Origin: an uncultured Bacilli bacterium | GTDB lineage: Bacteria; Bacillota_I; Bacilli_A; RF39; UBA660 | DNA: 64,000 nt | Direction of reading: 5' to 3' | Assembly: GCA_934155645.1 (NCBI GenBank) | Contig: CAKPHC010000004.1 | Span: 81,220 to 145,219, forward strand | Shown here: positions 18,520 through 28,415 of the stretch, one piece after another | How positions within the stretch are numbered: the first letter of the stretch is position 1 | How the letters are laid out: each line of letters starts with the position of its first letter | Program-made: the position numbers and the translations under genes | Notes under the pieces: model-generated | What the model was told of the DNA's origin: nothing | The model's input: the letters and a program-made list of their open reading frames with translations, nothing else | Databases searched by the model: none

Positions 18520-19530
18520 ATGAAAGAAGTATATTCAAATAAAATAAAAGAATCTTTAAAATTAGGCAATAGAAGATTGATAATAACAATTATATTAGTG
18601 CTTATGACTATAGGATTTATAGTATGGGCGGTTATAGATAGTCAGAAAGAATATCCAACTCCTAAATATTTAAATAATGTAATTATGGAAGGCAAAAATG
18701 AAGAGGGAGTTTATTCTTGCGTAAATGTTACGGCAATTCCTTATGTTTTTGCTGAAACTTCCACTAACGAAATGGAGAATAAATACTATTTTATCCGCGA
18801 TGACAACTATTTCTATATAGCGTACCTAGATTACAAGACTTTTAGTTCTTTAAATCATGAATCTATTGAAGATAATCCAGTAGCAATATGTGGAATGACA
18901 TCATCAATTGAAAGTAATATAAAACGTCTTGCAATAGAAGTATATAATAGAGATATGGAAAGTGAAGTTGTAAATGATTCAAACTTTAACAATTATTTCG
19001 GTGGTGTATATCTTGATGTTGTTGCTGACGTAAATGATATAACAGTTCAAATATGTCTTGCCATCATAACAGGAGTATTTGCAATAATAATTGGTGCAAT
19101 AACAATCGTATTCAAAACTAAAACTAAGAAATTTATTAAAAATGTAACAGCTGAAGAATGGCAACAAATTAATAATGAAATAGAATCTTCAGATACCAAG
19201 TATTACAAGCAAGCAAAAATATATTTAACTAAAAACTACTTAATAGATTTTTCAAATTGCTTATATGCAGTTAAATATTCTGATATTGTATGGCTATACC
19301 CATATGAATTAAGACAAAATGGTATAACAACTGCCAAAAATTTAATAGTCTTTGACAAATCTTTTACTAAACATACAGTTGCAGGAATAGGAAGTTTAGG
19401 CAAGAAAAATAAACAAATATTTGAAGAGATAACAAATGAAATTCTAAGTAAAAACAAAGATATAATTTGGGGATTTAACAGTGAATCAAAAGAAAAATTC
19501 AAAGAATTAAAGCAAACTAAAAGAGGTTAA
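18520..19530 (+). CDS. Hypothetical membrane protein (2 TM)
   Basis: ORF with a GGTGAG RBS and two hydrophobic helices. A terminator hairpin spans the stop codon. Confidence 0.5.
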   Translation: MKEVYSNKIKESLKLGNRRLIITIILVLMTIGFIVWAVIDSQKEYPTPKYLNNVIMEGKNEEGVYSCVNVTAIPYVFAETSTNEMENKYYFIRDDNYFYIAYLDYKTFSSLNHESIEDNPVAICGMTSSIESNIKRLAIEVYNRDMESEVVNDSNFNNYFGGVYLDVVADVNDITVQICLAIITGVFAIIIGAITIVFKTKTKKFIKNVTAEEWQQINNEIESSDTKYYKQAKIYLTKNYLIDFSNCLYAVKYSDIVWLYPYELRQNGITTAKNLIVFDKSFTKHTVAGIGSLGKKNKQIFEEITNEILSKNKDIIWGFNSESKEKFKELKQTKRG

Positions 19531-19533
19531 ATT

Positions 19534-20655
19534 TTAAAACCTCTTTTTTTCTTTGGCAGTATTTACTTTTTTTAGTATCTTTTCTTTACCATTTAAGAAA
19601 GTGCTTATTGATTCATGATTATTTAGTGCATTTATTATTTGAGTAATATGTTCTGAACAATCTACTTCATTAAACCACTCTAATTTTTTAGTATCTTCTG
19701 GTACATAAGATAAATTTGTTGTATATAAGTTATCAAAAACTTTATTTTCATATGCTCTTTGAAATAATTCAACACTTTTAGGTCCATCACTGAATAATGC
19801 AAATGACGATATTAAATGAATATTTTTAGCACCTTTTTCTTTTAATTTATCTGCAACCTCTAACATAGATTGACCAGAAGAAATCATATCATCTACTACT
19901 ATAGCATCTTTTCCTACAACATCTGTACCAATGTATTCATGTGCTACAATAGGATTCTTTCCATTAACCACACGAGTGTAGTCGCGTCTTTTATTAAATT
20001 GTCCAATATTTGAACCAAGTATATTAGCAAAATACTCAGCTCTATCAGAAGCACCTGTATCAGGAGCAACAATAATTAAATCATCAAAATTAATATTTTC
20101 TTCATCAATGAATTGGTCCAATATTGTATGAGTAAGGTATACATTATCAAATGAACAATGTAGTAGGGCATTTCTAACTCCAGGGTCATGAGCATCACAA
20201 GTAATTATTCTTTTAACTCCTAAAAATTCAAGTTCATGTAACATTAAAGAACAATCTTGGGACTCACGTGCTTTTCTTTTATGTTGTCTTGATTCATATA
20301 AGAAAGGCATAATTACTGTTATAGAGTCACTAGCACCATTCATTGCTGATATAACTCTTTTTATATCTTGATAATGGTCATCAGGACTCTTATGATTTGT
20401 AAACCCATGCATTTGATATGTACAATCATAGTTTAGAACATCAGATAAAATATAAACATCTTTAGCTCTTATTGATTCTTCTATTACCGCTTTGGCTTCA
20501 CCGCTTGAAAACCTAGGTAAAGAATTAGGAACAATAAAACTGAATCGATCATCATTAATTTCTCTCATCAGTTTTAAGTGCCCATCGACTTTTTTTCCAA
20601 AGTCTAAAAAATTATCCATTACAATTAAACGTAAATTATTAGATACTAACTCCAT
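19534..20655 (-). CDS. Ribose-phosphate pyrophosphokinase (PRPP synthetase)-family protein, divergent long form
   Basis: PRPP-binding loop (VVDDMISSGQS) and a CDAHD motif. The start was reassigned to the ATG preceded by AATGGAGG. Confidence 0.65.
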   Translation of the reverse strand: MELVSNNLRLIVMDNFLDFGKKVDGHLKLMREINDDRFSFIVPNSLPRFSSGEAKAVIEESIRAKDVYILSDVLNYDCTYQMHGFTNHKSPDDHYQDIKRVISAMNGASDSITVIMPFLYESRQHKRKARESQDCSLMLHELEFLGVKRIITCDAHDPGVRNALLHCSFDNVYLTHTILDQFIDEENINFDDLIIVAPDTGASDRAEYFANILGSNIGQFNKRRDYTRVVNGKNPIVAHEYIGTDVVGKDAIVVDDMISSGQSMLEVADKLKEKGAKNIHLISSFALFSDGPKSVELFQRAYENKVFDNLYTTNLSYVPEDTKKLEWFNEVDCSEHITQIINALNNHESISTFLNGKEKILKKVNTAKEKKRF

Positions 20656-20774
20656 AAAAACCTCCATTACTTTCACTTACACTACTATAGTAACATAACT
20701 TTTCTTTGCAAATAACCCCATTTTACACAATTTGATAAATAAAATGTGTTATAATCATCAATAGGTGAAGTATA

Positions 20775-21422
20775 ATGAAAAAAGTATTATTATTTCTTAA
20801 AAAAAATTTAAAATGGATAGTTAGTTTAATTACTTTAATAATGTTTATAGCTATAGTAAGAAACATATATGCAAATGAAATAGCAAGCTTTGATAATTTC
20901 TACTATGGATATATATCAAAACTTATTTCTGACCAAATGACTTTCTTTGTCAAAGTAATAACTAATTTAGGTAGTGCCTATGCACTTATATCTATTGCTG
21001 TCTTAATGTTATTGATTCCTAAAAAGAAAATATATGGTATATTAACTAGTATTAATTTAGTAACTATCTTTTTACTAAACTTATTACTTAAATATATTTT
21101 TACAAGACCAAGACCTACCGACATAAATTTAATAAAAGAACTAGGGTATAGTTTTCCATCAGCCCATGCGATGGTTGGAACTGCTTTTTATGGCTTCTTG
21201 ATTTATCTAATATGGCAATCAAATATTAAAAATAAACAGAAATGGTTTTATTCAATTTTACTAGGAATTTTAATTATACTAATTTGTATAACAAGGATAT
21301 ATTTAGGAGTTCACTTTGCTAGTGATGTCTTTGGAGGATTCTTAATTTCAATATCTTACCTAGTATTATTTACAAGTATTATTAAAAAGTATTTACCCAA
21401 TAAAAAAGTTCCTACAGAGTAG
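20775..21422 (+). CDS. PAP2-family phosphatase (undecaprenyl-diphosphatase-like)
   Basis: The three PAP2 motifs are present: KYIFTRPRP, PSAH and TRIYLGVHFASD. The protein has multiple TM helices. Confidence 0.8.
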   Translation: MKKVLLFLKKNLKWIVSLITLIMFIAIVRNIYANEIASFDNFYYGYISKLISDQMTFFVKVITNLGSAYALISIAVLMLLIPKKKIYGILTSINLVTIFLLNLLLKYIFTRPRPTDINLIKELGYSFPSAHAMVGTAFYGFLIYLIWQSNIKNKQKWFYSILLGILIILICITRIYLGVHFASDVFGGFLISISYLVLFTSIIKKYLPNKKVPTE

Positions 21423-22923
21423 GAATTTTTTCTTTTGTAGCTGGAGTAGCATGTTCATGTCCCCAGGTTCTAATTTTATTAATTTTTTCAGGATTAGTCT
21501 TAGATAATGAAACTGTATTATTAAATGCATCAATAAATGTATTTTGAGTTAATGTAATATTATTTGCAACAACTTGATAAGCAATTTCTCTAATACATGA
21601 CTCTAAATCTGAACCAGCAAAACCTTTAGATAATTCAACTAATTTGTTTATAAACTCATCATTAACTTTAACATTTAAATATTTAAGTAAATATAATTTA
21701 ATTATTTCAGCACGTTCATTATCACTAGGTAAGTCTACAAAGAACATTTCATCGAATCTTCCTTTTCTAAGCAATTCAGCAGGAAGTGAATCAATATTAT
21801 TAGCAGTAGCTACCACGAATACTTCTTTTTTGCACTCTTGTAACCAGAATAAGAATTGTCCAATCATACGATTAGTAACACCAGAATCACCGGATGTACC
21901 AGACAATCCCTTTTCGATTTCATCTATCCATAGTATACAAGGAGAAACATGTTCAGCAGTTTCTAAAGCTTCCTTTAACTGTTGTTCACTTTGTCCAACA
22001 TATCTTCCTTGAACTGTAGCAAAGTCTAGTAAATATAAAGGCATTTGCCATTTAGCAGCAATTGCTTTAGCAGATAAGCTCTTACCGCAACCAGGAACAC
22101 CTACGATTAAAATGCCTCTAGGTGGCTTAATACCTCTTTTAATCATTTCTTCTTTTTTATCAGGTGCAAGTAACTTTTTCTTTTCATCTAACCAGTCTTT
22201 TAATCCATCTAATCCACCAAATGCAATGGAAGGGTCTACTTCAATTTTTTCTAGTCCGTTTATATCAGAAAACATACTATCCTTAGCAAATTTCAAATCG
22301 ATTAAGTCACTCTTTAATAAAGAACCTTTAGCAATTAGAGAAGAAATAACATTTTTAACTTCAACTTCACTTAATCCTAGTAGAATTGTAGCAGCTTCTT
22401 TAAAATTATTGGTGTCCCATTCAATAGTAATTTGACCTTGATAAGGATTAGTGCAATTTGTAATCAAGTTATATAATTCCTTTTCATTTGGAAGAGCAAG
22501 TTCAATATTCATACCCATACGTTGTAGATTAGTCCAAATAGGGGAAGAAGTAATAACTATAATAGAACCACCTTTTTCTTCAGCTGTTGTTACTATATCA
22601 TTTAAATATCTAGAAACTGTGCTTTCTGTCTCTAACTCGGATACATCAGTCAATACAAAAGTAGCATTTTCTTTTACCTTTATTTGTTCACCAATGAAAT
22701 CAAGTGCTCCCATAATTGTTTTTTCATCACTAATCAATTCGTTATTAGTAACAGAAGTAATCCCTTTAGACATAGAGAAAACATTAATAGGTAGATTTAG
22801 TTCATTAGATAAATCCTTTAAAAGTGCTAGGGCACGATTCTTTTCAATTGTTTTAATAGCTATAAAAGGAATTCTTGCTAAAAGATATTGTCTCATTAAT
22901 TTTTTTGTTTCTTCATAATTCAT
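21412..22923 (-). CDS. AAA+ ATPase (classic-clade, CDC48/FtsH-like single AAA domain with about 270-aa N-terminal domain)
   Basis: Walker A (GILIVGVPGCGKSL), Walker B (ILWIDEIEK) and sensor/Arg-finger region (ATANNIDSLPAELLRKGRFD). A GGAGG RBS precedes the start. It is the last gene of a 4-gene operon. Confidence 0.8.
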   Translation of the reverse strand: MNYEETKKLMRQYLLARIPFIAIKTIEKNRALALLKDLSNELNLPINVFSMSKGITSVTNNELISDEKTIMGALDFIGEQIKVKENATFVLTDVSELETESTVSRYLNDIVTTAEEKGGSIIVITSSPIWTNLQRMGMNIELALPNEKELYNLITNCTNPYQGQITIEWDTNNFKEAATILLGLSEVEVKNVISSLIAKGSLLKSDLIDLKFAKDSMFSDINGLEKIEVDPSIAFGGLDGLKDWLDEKKKLLAPDKKEEMIKRGIKPPRGILIVGVPGCGKSLSAKAIAAKWQMPLYLLDFATVQGRYVGQSEQQLKEALETAEHVSPCILWIDEIEKGLSGTSGDSGVTNRMIGQFLFWLQECKKEVFVVATANNIDSLPAELLRKGRFDEMFFVDLPSDNERAEIIKLYLLKYLNVKVNDEFINKLVELSKGFAGSDLESCIREIAYQVVANNITLTQNTFIDAFNNTVSLSKTNPEKINKIRTWGHEHATPATKEKIPTL

Positions 22924-22926
22924 AAT

Positions 22927-23367
22927 TTAATCCTCCAAAACATTTATTTTACTGTTTTTAACTAAAGTCATTATTTCACCAGTAGTATCTATTCCTTGAA
23001 CACTGTTTTCAATTGCTTCATTTATTTCGTTAGCAAATTTTTGTAATGTTTCACTGAACTTCTTTTTATTTTCATCAGGTATTATTGGTAAATTAATTAT
23101 TTTCTTTGAAAACGCTAGTTCTTTTTTGATATTTATTATTTCAAGTGATAACAAATTAACGTCATTGTTACTAGATATTTTATGTAGTGTACCTTCTAAA
23201 GCATTTTTAAGTCTAGTTCTTACCAAATTATTTACGTGTTTTATAAAACGATAAAGCATATTTCCATCTAATTCGATTGAACTATTATAAAGCTTCTCTA
23301 ATAAAACTTCATCTCTAGGACCAGACTTTAAAATATCAAAACTATTAATCCACTCATAGTAAGTCAT
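22927..23367 (-). CDS. Hypothetical protein (146 aa), operon partner of the AAA+ ATPase
   Basis: There is a 4-nt gap to the ATPase gene. An AAGGAGAG RBS precedes the start. Confidence 0.5.
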   Translation of the reverse strand: MTYYEWINSFDILKSGPRDEVLLEKLYNSSIELDGNMLYRFIKHVNNLVRTRLKNALEGTLHKISSNNDVNLLSLEIINIKKELAFSKKIINLPIIPDENKKKFSETLQKFANEINEAIENSVQGIDTTGEIMTLVKNSKINVLED

Positions 23368-23549
23368 TATCGATTCACTCTCCTTACTACTTCATAAGGA
23401 GGTGTTAAATCCCAATCGGGTAGACCAGTTACAAATGCTTGGGCTTGTGTTTCAACACTTTCTTCATGCTTATCATCATCTTTAGTTATAACTTTTTCTT
23501 CATTATTATCTTCAGTATTTACATAAGTAAAAGTATCATCGTTATCCAT
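23367..23549 (-). CDS. Small acidic protein (about 60 aa), operon partner
   Basis: The start was reassigned to an internal ATG preceded by GGAGGT. The protein is highly acidic with a basic C-terminal tail (LPDWDLTPPYEVVRRVNR). Confidence 0.4.
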   Translation of the reverse strand: MDNDDTFTYVNTEDNNEEKVITKDDDKHEESVETQAQAFVTGLPDWDLTPPYEVVRRVNR

Positions 23550-25284
23550 TGTTACCTCCATCTATAATTATATTTCTACTATTAGAAGTATCAACTTTAA
23601 TATAATCTTCACAATTAAATGAATTAATGTAATTTATAAATTTTTCTCTATCTTTCATACTATCTTTATAAATAAAGTAATAATCTACTATTTCAGCAAT
23701 TATATTAGATAATAAAACTTTATGTTGCTTTTTAATATCATTTAATTGATTTATCTTATTTTCGCGTTTTGAATAGTTTTTGATAAATTCTACAACATTA
23801 AAGATTAATACAATACAGAAAATTATAGCGGCAACAATAGGTTGCTTTAATGTTAAAAATATACCTAATAGACCAATTACAATTGATATTAACATTTTTA
23901 AATTGAACAAGCGGTCACTGTATACCTCATCATGAAATTTATCATCTAAGAAACTAGCAATATTTTTTTGTAATTCAATTTCATTGCTACCATTTTTAGT
24001 TGACCCAGTCCAGTCATTAATAGTTATATTAATATCAGGTAACAAGTCAATAGATTTATATTTAGATATATTTGAATATCCATCAATAATAAAGTTTTTA
24101 GATAATGCGATAGCAAACTTTTTAGTATCAAGACTAGCATCAACATTATTATTAATTGCAATATTAGTAATGTGACTATAAAAATTATTGGTTTCTTCTA
24201 AAGCAATACTAGTTTTATTAAACTTATCAAGAGCTTTAGAAATATCACCGTTTTCTTCAATGATATGTTTATTCTTTTGAATATCGCGTTTTAATTGTAA
24301 TTCCTCTTTATCATAATTAAATACTAATATGTGTAATAAGTTATCTATTTTATTTGTAGTACTAACTTTTTTATATTGCTTTTCTTCCATAGTATTTTTT
24401 AAATCATTATAAATATTTTTGTGTACTCTAGAAGAAGAAATAACATCATGAATCATTTCACTTTCTATAACATATTTATCAATATATGGGAATTCATTAT
24501 CATTGATTGCTTCTAATTTTTCTCTAAAGTATTCTTCCCATCTCTTAATTTCATTAGCTTTAATCTCGTTATAACTATTTAGTTCTAAAACCCACTCATT
24601 AACTTTTTCTAAACAAGTTTTCTTAGCACTAGTCCCAAATACTCCACTGGTAATAGCATCTAGCACCGTTATAATTTTACTTTCCATTTTAGTTGGGTCT
24701 TGCATATTTAAATATCTATTCAACCATTTCATTGATGTATCAATTCTATTAGCCCTTAAATGTACTAAGCAAAATAATAATGAAGTTTTTTCATCGTCTC
24801 TAGCCATTGCTTCTTTTAAAGCTTTATTAGCAAGTTCTTTATTATTTGTATACCATGAACAAAGTGCCACCATAGCAGGGGATAACCAATAATCAGGAGT
24901 ATTAACGATTGTTTCTTCACTTATATTTTCTACAGTACTTTTCTTAATTGCATTTATATCTACTGATTGAAGTAATCCATTAACACGTCTTCTAACTTCA
25001 TCTCTATGACTAAATTTTTTATTGAACTCAGCTTGGTCCATCAAAATAGTTTGCCTAGCATTAGAAACAATAGTACCTTGTTTAATTTCTACCATAAATT
25101 TCTTTATTTCTTCTTCTAGACTTTTAACATCATTTTTAACGGTATTTACTTGTCCTTCAACATCATTGATATGACCATTAACAGTGTTTACATTATTAGA
25201 TACAGTACCGATATTATTTGCTAAAACTTGTAGATTGTTTTCTAAAGTAGCCAAGTTAGCCGCACTAATTACTAAAGTACTCAT
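23542..25284 (-). CDS. Coiled-coil protein with two C-proximal TM helices (580 aa), first gene of the AAA+ operon
   Basis: N-terminal coiled coil, an internal helical region and the hydrophobic hairpin LISIVIGLLGIFLTLKQPIVAAIIFCIVLIF. It has its own extended -10 promoter (TGATATAAT), and a terminator hairpin lies upstream. Confidence 0.55.
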   Translation of the reverse strand: MSTLVISAANLATLENNLQVLANNIGTVSNNVNTVNGHINDVEGQVNTVKNDVKSLEEEIKKFMVEIKQGTIVSNARQTILMDQAEFNKKFSHRDEVRRRVNGLLQSVDINAIKKSTVENISEETIVNTPDYWLSPAMVALCSWYTNNKELANKALKEAMARDDEKTSLLFCLVHLRANRIDTSMKWLNRYLNMQDPTKMESKIITVLDAITSGVFGTSAKKTCLEKVNEWVLELNSYNEIKANEIKRWEEYFREKLEAINDNEFPYIDKYVIESEMIHDVISSSRVHKNIYNDLKNTMEEKQYKKVSTTNKIDNLLHILVFNYDKEELQLKRDIQKNKHIIEENGDISKALDKFNKTSIALEETNNFYSHITNIAINNNVDASLDTKKFAIALSKNFIIDGYSNISKYKSIDLLPDINITINDWTGSTKNGSNEIELQKNIASFLDDKFHDEVYSDRLFNLKMLISIVIGLLGIFLTLKQPIVAAIIFCIVLIFNVVEFIKNYSKRENKINQLNDIKKQHKVLLSNIIAEIVDYYFIYKDSMKDREKFINYINSFNCEDYIKVDTSNSRNIIIDGGNNG

Positions 25285-25356
25285 ATAAACACCTTCCTAT
25301 TCTATAAAAATTATATCACATTAAATAAAAAAGCAAAATAAAAAAGAACCGAAGTT

Positions 25357-25896
25357 CTAATTATTTTGTGAATAATAAACGTAACCAATGATTTCAATAA
25401 CAGAATAAACCATTATACAAAGACCAATCATCTTGAAAACAAGATTACTTCTTAAAATCATATATATTCCACCAGCAATCATTAATCCTGCTAAAACAAT
25501 TAATATTCCATAAGAACTATCATTAGCTTTCCTACCTTTAATAGAATTAACAAGAAGATTAATACCGTTAAACAATATCCATGCTCCTGTAAGAACTCTT
25601 ATAAGTACTTCAACCGCATTAGAAAAAATTACTAATATAAGACCAGATAACAAAGCCACAATACCTATACTTAAATCTCTTATAAAAACTTCTTGTTCTT
25701 TTTTTCTAGCAATACTATAACTAATAATTTTAAATAATCCAACGACGATAAAGCAACCACCTAAAACATATGCAATGAACTTAACCGTACTATTTGGATT
25801 AGTAAAAATAATACTACCTATAATAAAAAATATAATTGCACTTATTAAACTAGTAATATTTGAATAGTTCTTATCCTTTAATTTATTTAACTCCAT
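25357..25896 (-). CDS. DUF308 (HdeD-like) membrane protein
   Basis: Multi-TM small protein. An AGGAGG RBS precedes MELNK. It is followed by a hairpin and T-tract terminator. Confidence 0.55.
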   Translation of the reverse strand: MELNKLKDKNYSNITSLISAIIFFIIGSIIFTNPNSTVKFIAYVLGGCFIVVGLFKIISYSIARKKEQEVFIRDLSIGIVALLSGLILVIFSNAVEVLIRVLTGAWILFNGINLLVNSIKGRKANDSSYGILIVLAGLMIAGGIYMILRSNLVFKMIGLCIMVYSVIEIIGYVYYSQNN

Positions 25897-25999
25897 AATT
25901 ATCCTCCTAAAACTAAACATATTATATAATAAAATAGATATAATTGGTAGATAAAATATTTAAATATGGTATACTACTAATGAAAGAAGAGGTGTCATT

Positions 26000-27637
26000 A
26001 TGAAGAGTGATATTGAAATTTCAAATAATTGTAAAAAAGAAAACATTAAAGATGTTGCTAAAAAAATAGGAATAAAAGAGGAAGATTTAATCCTTTATGG
26101 TAACTATAAAGCAAAAATAGATTATAAAAAATATAAAAATAATAATAAAGGTAAACTAATACTAGTAACATCAATTAATCCAACTCCTTATGGAGAAGGG
26201 AAAACTACTGTAAGTATAGGACTAGGAGATGCTCTTAATTTAATTAATAAAAAGACAATGATTGTTTTAAGAGAACCTTCTTTAGGACCAGTATTTGGTA
26301 TAAAAGGTGGTGCTACTGGGGGAGGATATGCTCAAATAGTACCAATGGATGATATTAACTTACATTTTACAGGTGATTTGCACGCTATTACAAGTTGTAA
26401 TAATTTAATTAGTGCAGCAATAGATAATCATTTATATTTTGGTAATAAATTAAATATAAATCCAGATAAAATTACTTTTAATAGATGCATGGATATGAAT
26501 GATAGAGCTCTTAGAAATATTACAATTAATAGTAAAGTAGTTCGTAATGATTCATTTAATATTACAGCAGCTAGTGAAGTAATGAGTGTTTTCTGTTTAT
26601 CAAAAGATTTAATGGATTTAAAGAAAAATCTAGGTAATATTTTAATTGGTTATACTTATGATAATAAAGAAGTACTTGCCAAAGATTTGAATCTAGAAGG
26701 TTCTTTAGCAACACTATTAAAAGATGCAATTAAGCCTAATTTGGTACAAACACTAGAGAATAATCCCGTTTTAATTCATGGTGGACCTTTTGCTAATATT
26801 GCTCATGGTTGTAACAGTATTATTGCTACCAATCTAGGACTTAATTTAGCTGATTATGTAGTAACAGAAGCTGGCTTTGGTTCAGATTTAGGAGCTGAAA
26901 AATTCTTTGATATAAAATGCCGAAGAGCAAATTTAAAACCCGATTGTGTAGTCCTAGTAGTAACATTAAAAGCACTTAAATATAATGCTAAAGTAGAAAA
27001 AGAAAACATATTAACACCTTCTGTGGAAAAAGTAAAAGAAGGATTACCAAATCTAATGGTTCATGTGGAAAACCTAAAAAAATATACTAATAATTTAGTT
27101 GTATGTTTAAATAAATATACAACAGATACAGATGAAGAAATAAAAGTAATTGAAGATTACTGTAAAAGTACTAATGTTGAATTTGTTACTGAAGATAGTT
27201 ATGTAACTGGAGGAAAAGGTTCAATCGATTTAGCAAATAAAGTAGTTGATTTATGTGATAGACCAAATGATTTCAAATTACTATATGATGATACTTTATC
27301 TATAAAAGAGAAAATAGAAAAGATTGCTAAAGAAATATATCATGCCGGTAAAATAGAGTACACTGACATTGCTAATCAAAAAATAGAAGAATTAAAAGGA
27401 TATGAACACTTACCAGTATGTATTGCTAAAACTCAATACTCTATAAGCGATAATCCTGATTTATTAGGATACCCAAAAGATTATCAAGTAACAGTTAAAG
27501 ATGTTAGATTATATAGAGGTTCTTCTTTTATAACTGTTCTATTAGGTGATATACTAACAATGCCGGGTTTATCTAGAATACCTAATTTAGAAAAAATAGA
27601 TATAGATGAAAACGAAGAAATAACAGGTTTATTTTAA
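26000..27637 (+). CDS. fhs: Formate--tetrahydrofolate ligase
   Basis: The hallmark INPTPYGEGKTTVSIGL and overall FTHFS-length conservation. Confidence 0.9.
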   Translation: MKSDIEISNNCKKENIKDVAKKIGIKEEDLILYGNYKAKIDYKKYKNNNKGKLILVTSINPTPYGEGKTTVSIGLGDALNLINKKTMIVLREPSLGPVFGIKGGATGGGYAQIVPMDDINLHFTGDLHAITSCNNLISAAIDNHLYFGNKLNINPDKITFNRCMDMNDRALRNITINSKVVRNDSFNITAASEVMSVFCLSKDLMDLKKNLGNILIGYTYDNKEVLAKDLNLEGSLATLLKDAIKPNLVQTLENNPVLIHGGPFANIAHGCNSIIATNLGLNLADYVVTEAGFGSDLGAEKFFDIKCRRANLKPDCVVLVVTLKALKYNAKVEKENILTPSVEKVKEGLPNLMVHVENLKKYTNNLVVCLNKYTTDTDEEIKVIEDYCKSTNVEFVTEDSYVTGGKGSIDLANKVVDLCDRPNDFKLLYDDTLSIKEKIEKIAKEIYHAGKIEYTDIANQKIEELKGYEHLPVCIAKTQYSISDNPDLLGYPKDYQVTVKDVRLYRGSSFITVLLGDILTMPGLSRIPNLEKIDIDENEEITGLF

Positions 27638-27669
27638 TAGAAAAGGTCCATAATACTAATGGTGATATT

Positions 27670-28377
27670 ATGGATTTTTTTTATGTGTTTATAAAAGCAG
27701 TCGCATCAATGGTAATTTTGTTCTTTTTTACCAAGGCAATGGGTAGAAAACAATTATCTCAACTAAACTTATATGACTATATAGTAGGTATTACAATAGG
27801 AAGCGTTGCTGCCGATATTTCGATTGATTTAGAAACTCACTTTTGGCATGGCGCCCTTGTCATGTTTGTCTATACAATAGTGTCAATCTTAATCTCTCAC
27901 TTTACAGCAAAAAGTATTAAATTTAGAAGATTTGTAACAGGAGTACCAATTATAGTTATAGAAGATGGAAAAATAATTGAAGATAATGTCGAAAAATCGA
28001 AGTTAGATATCAATGATTTATTACAAGAAGCTAGAACAAATGGTTATTTTGATATAAGTGAAATAGAGTTTGCTATAATGGAATCAAACGGGAAAATAAG
28101 TTTCTTACAAAAGAGTAAATATAGTCCTTTAACACCTAGTGATGCCAAAGTAAAAGTAGATTATAAAGGAATATGTTCTAACCTTGTGATTGACGGTCAT
28201 ATTATGTCAAATAATTTAAAAATTATAAAAAAAGATGACAAGTGGTTGTTAACTAGACTAAAGAACGAAGGCTATAATAATCCTAAAGATTTATTACTAG
28301 TAACTTGTGATTCTAAAGAAAAATTAACTATTTATAAAAAGGGTGAAGCAAGTACTAAGAGTGGTTGCCTTGAATAA
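27670..28377 (+). CDS. DUF421 (YetF-like) membrane protein
   Basis: Pattern typical of DUF421, with N-terminal TM helices and GRKQLSQLNLYDYIVGITIGS. Confidence 0.55.
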   Translation: MDFFYVFIKAVASMVILFFFTKAMGRKQLSQLNLYDYIVGITIGSVAADISIDLETHFWHGALVMFVYTIVSILISHFTAKSIKFRRFVTGVPIIVIEDGKIIEDNVEKSKLDINDLLQEARTNGYFDISEIEFAIMESNGKISFLQKSKYSPLTPSDAKVKVDYKGICSNLVIDGHIMSNNLKIIKKDDKWLLTRLKNEGYNNPKDLLLVTCDSKEKLTIYKKGEASTKSGCLE

Positions 28378-28415
28378 GTAAAATATGATAAACTTTTTAT
28401 AAGGTAGGTGTACTT

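Noticed and set aside
17554-19502. Minus-strand ORFs at 17554-17778, 18979-19167 and 19236-19502
   Set aside because: They are antisense to membrane-protein genes and show AT-rich antisense artefact composition.
21644-22918. Three +-strand ORFs (122, 107 and 155 aa) inside the AAA+ ATPase gene region
   Set aside because: They are antisense to a gene with strong AAA+ motif support. They have low complexity and no RBS.
23367-23561. 64-aa acidic protein as a Pup-like prokaryotic ubiquitin-like tag for the adjacent AAA+ ATPase
   Set aside because: It has no C-terminal GGQ/GGE. No PafA-like ligase or proteasome genes are present. The idea is kept only as a docking-peptide speculation.
23542-25284. 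580-aa coiled-coil protein as a T7SS LXG toxin or TelA/YaaN-like protein
   Set aside because: No WXG/LXG, EssC or TelA hallmark was recognisable. The N-terminal resemblance is only compositional.
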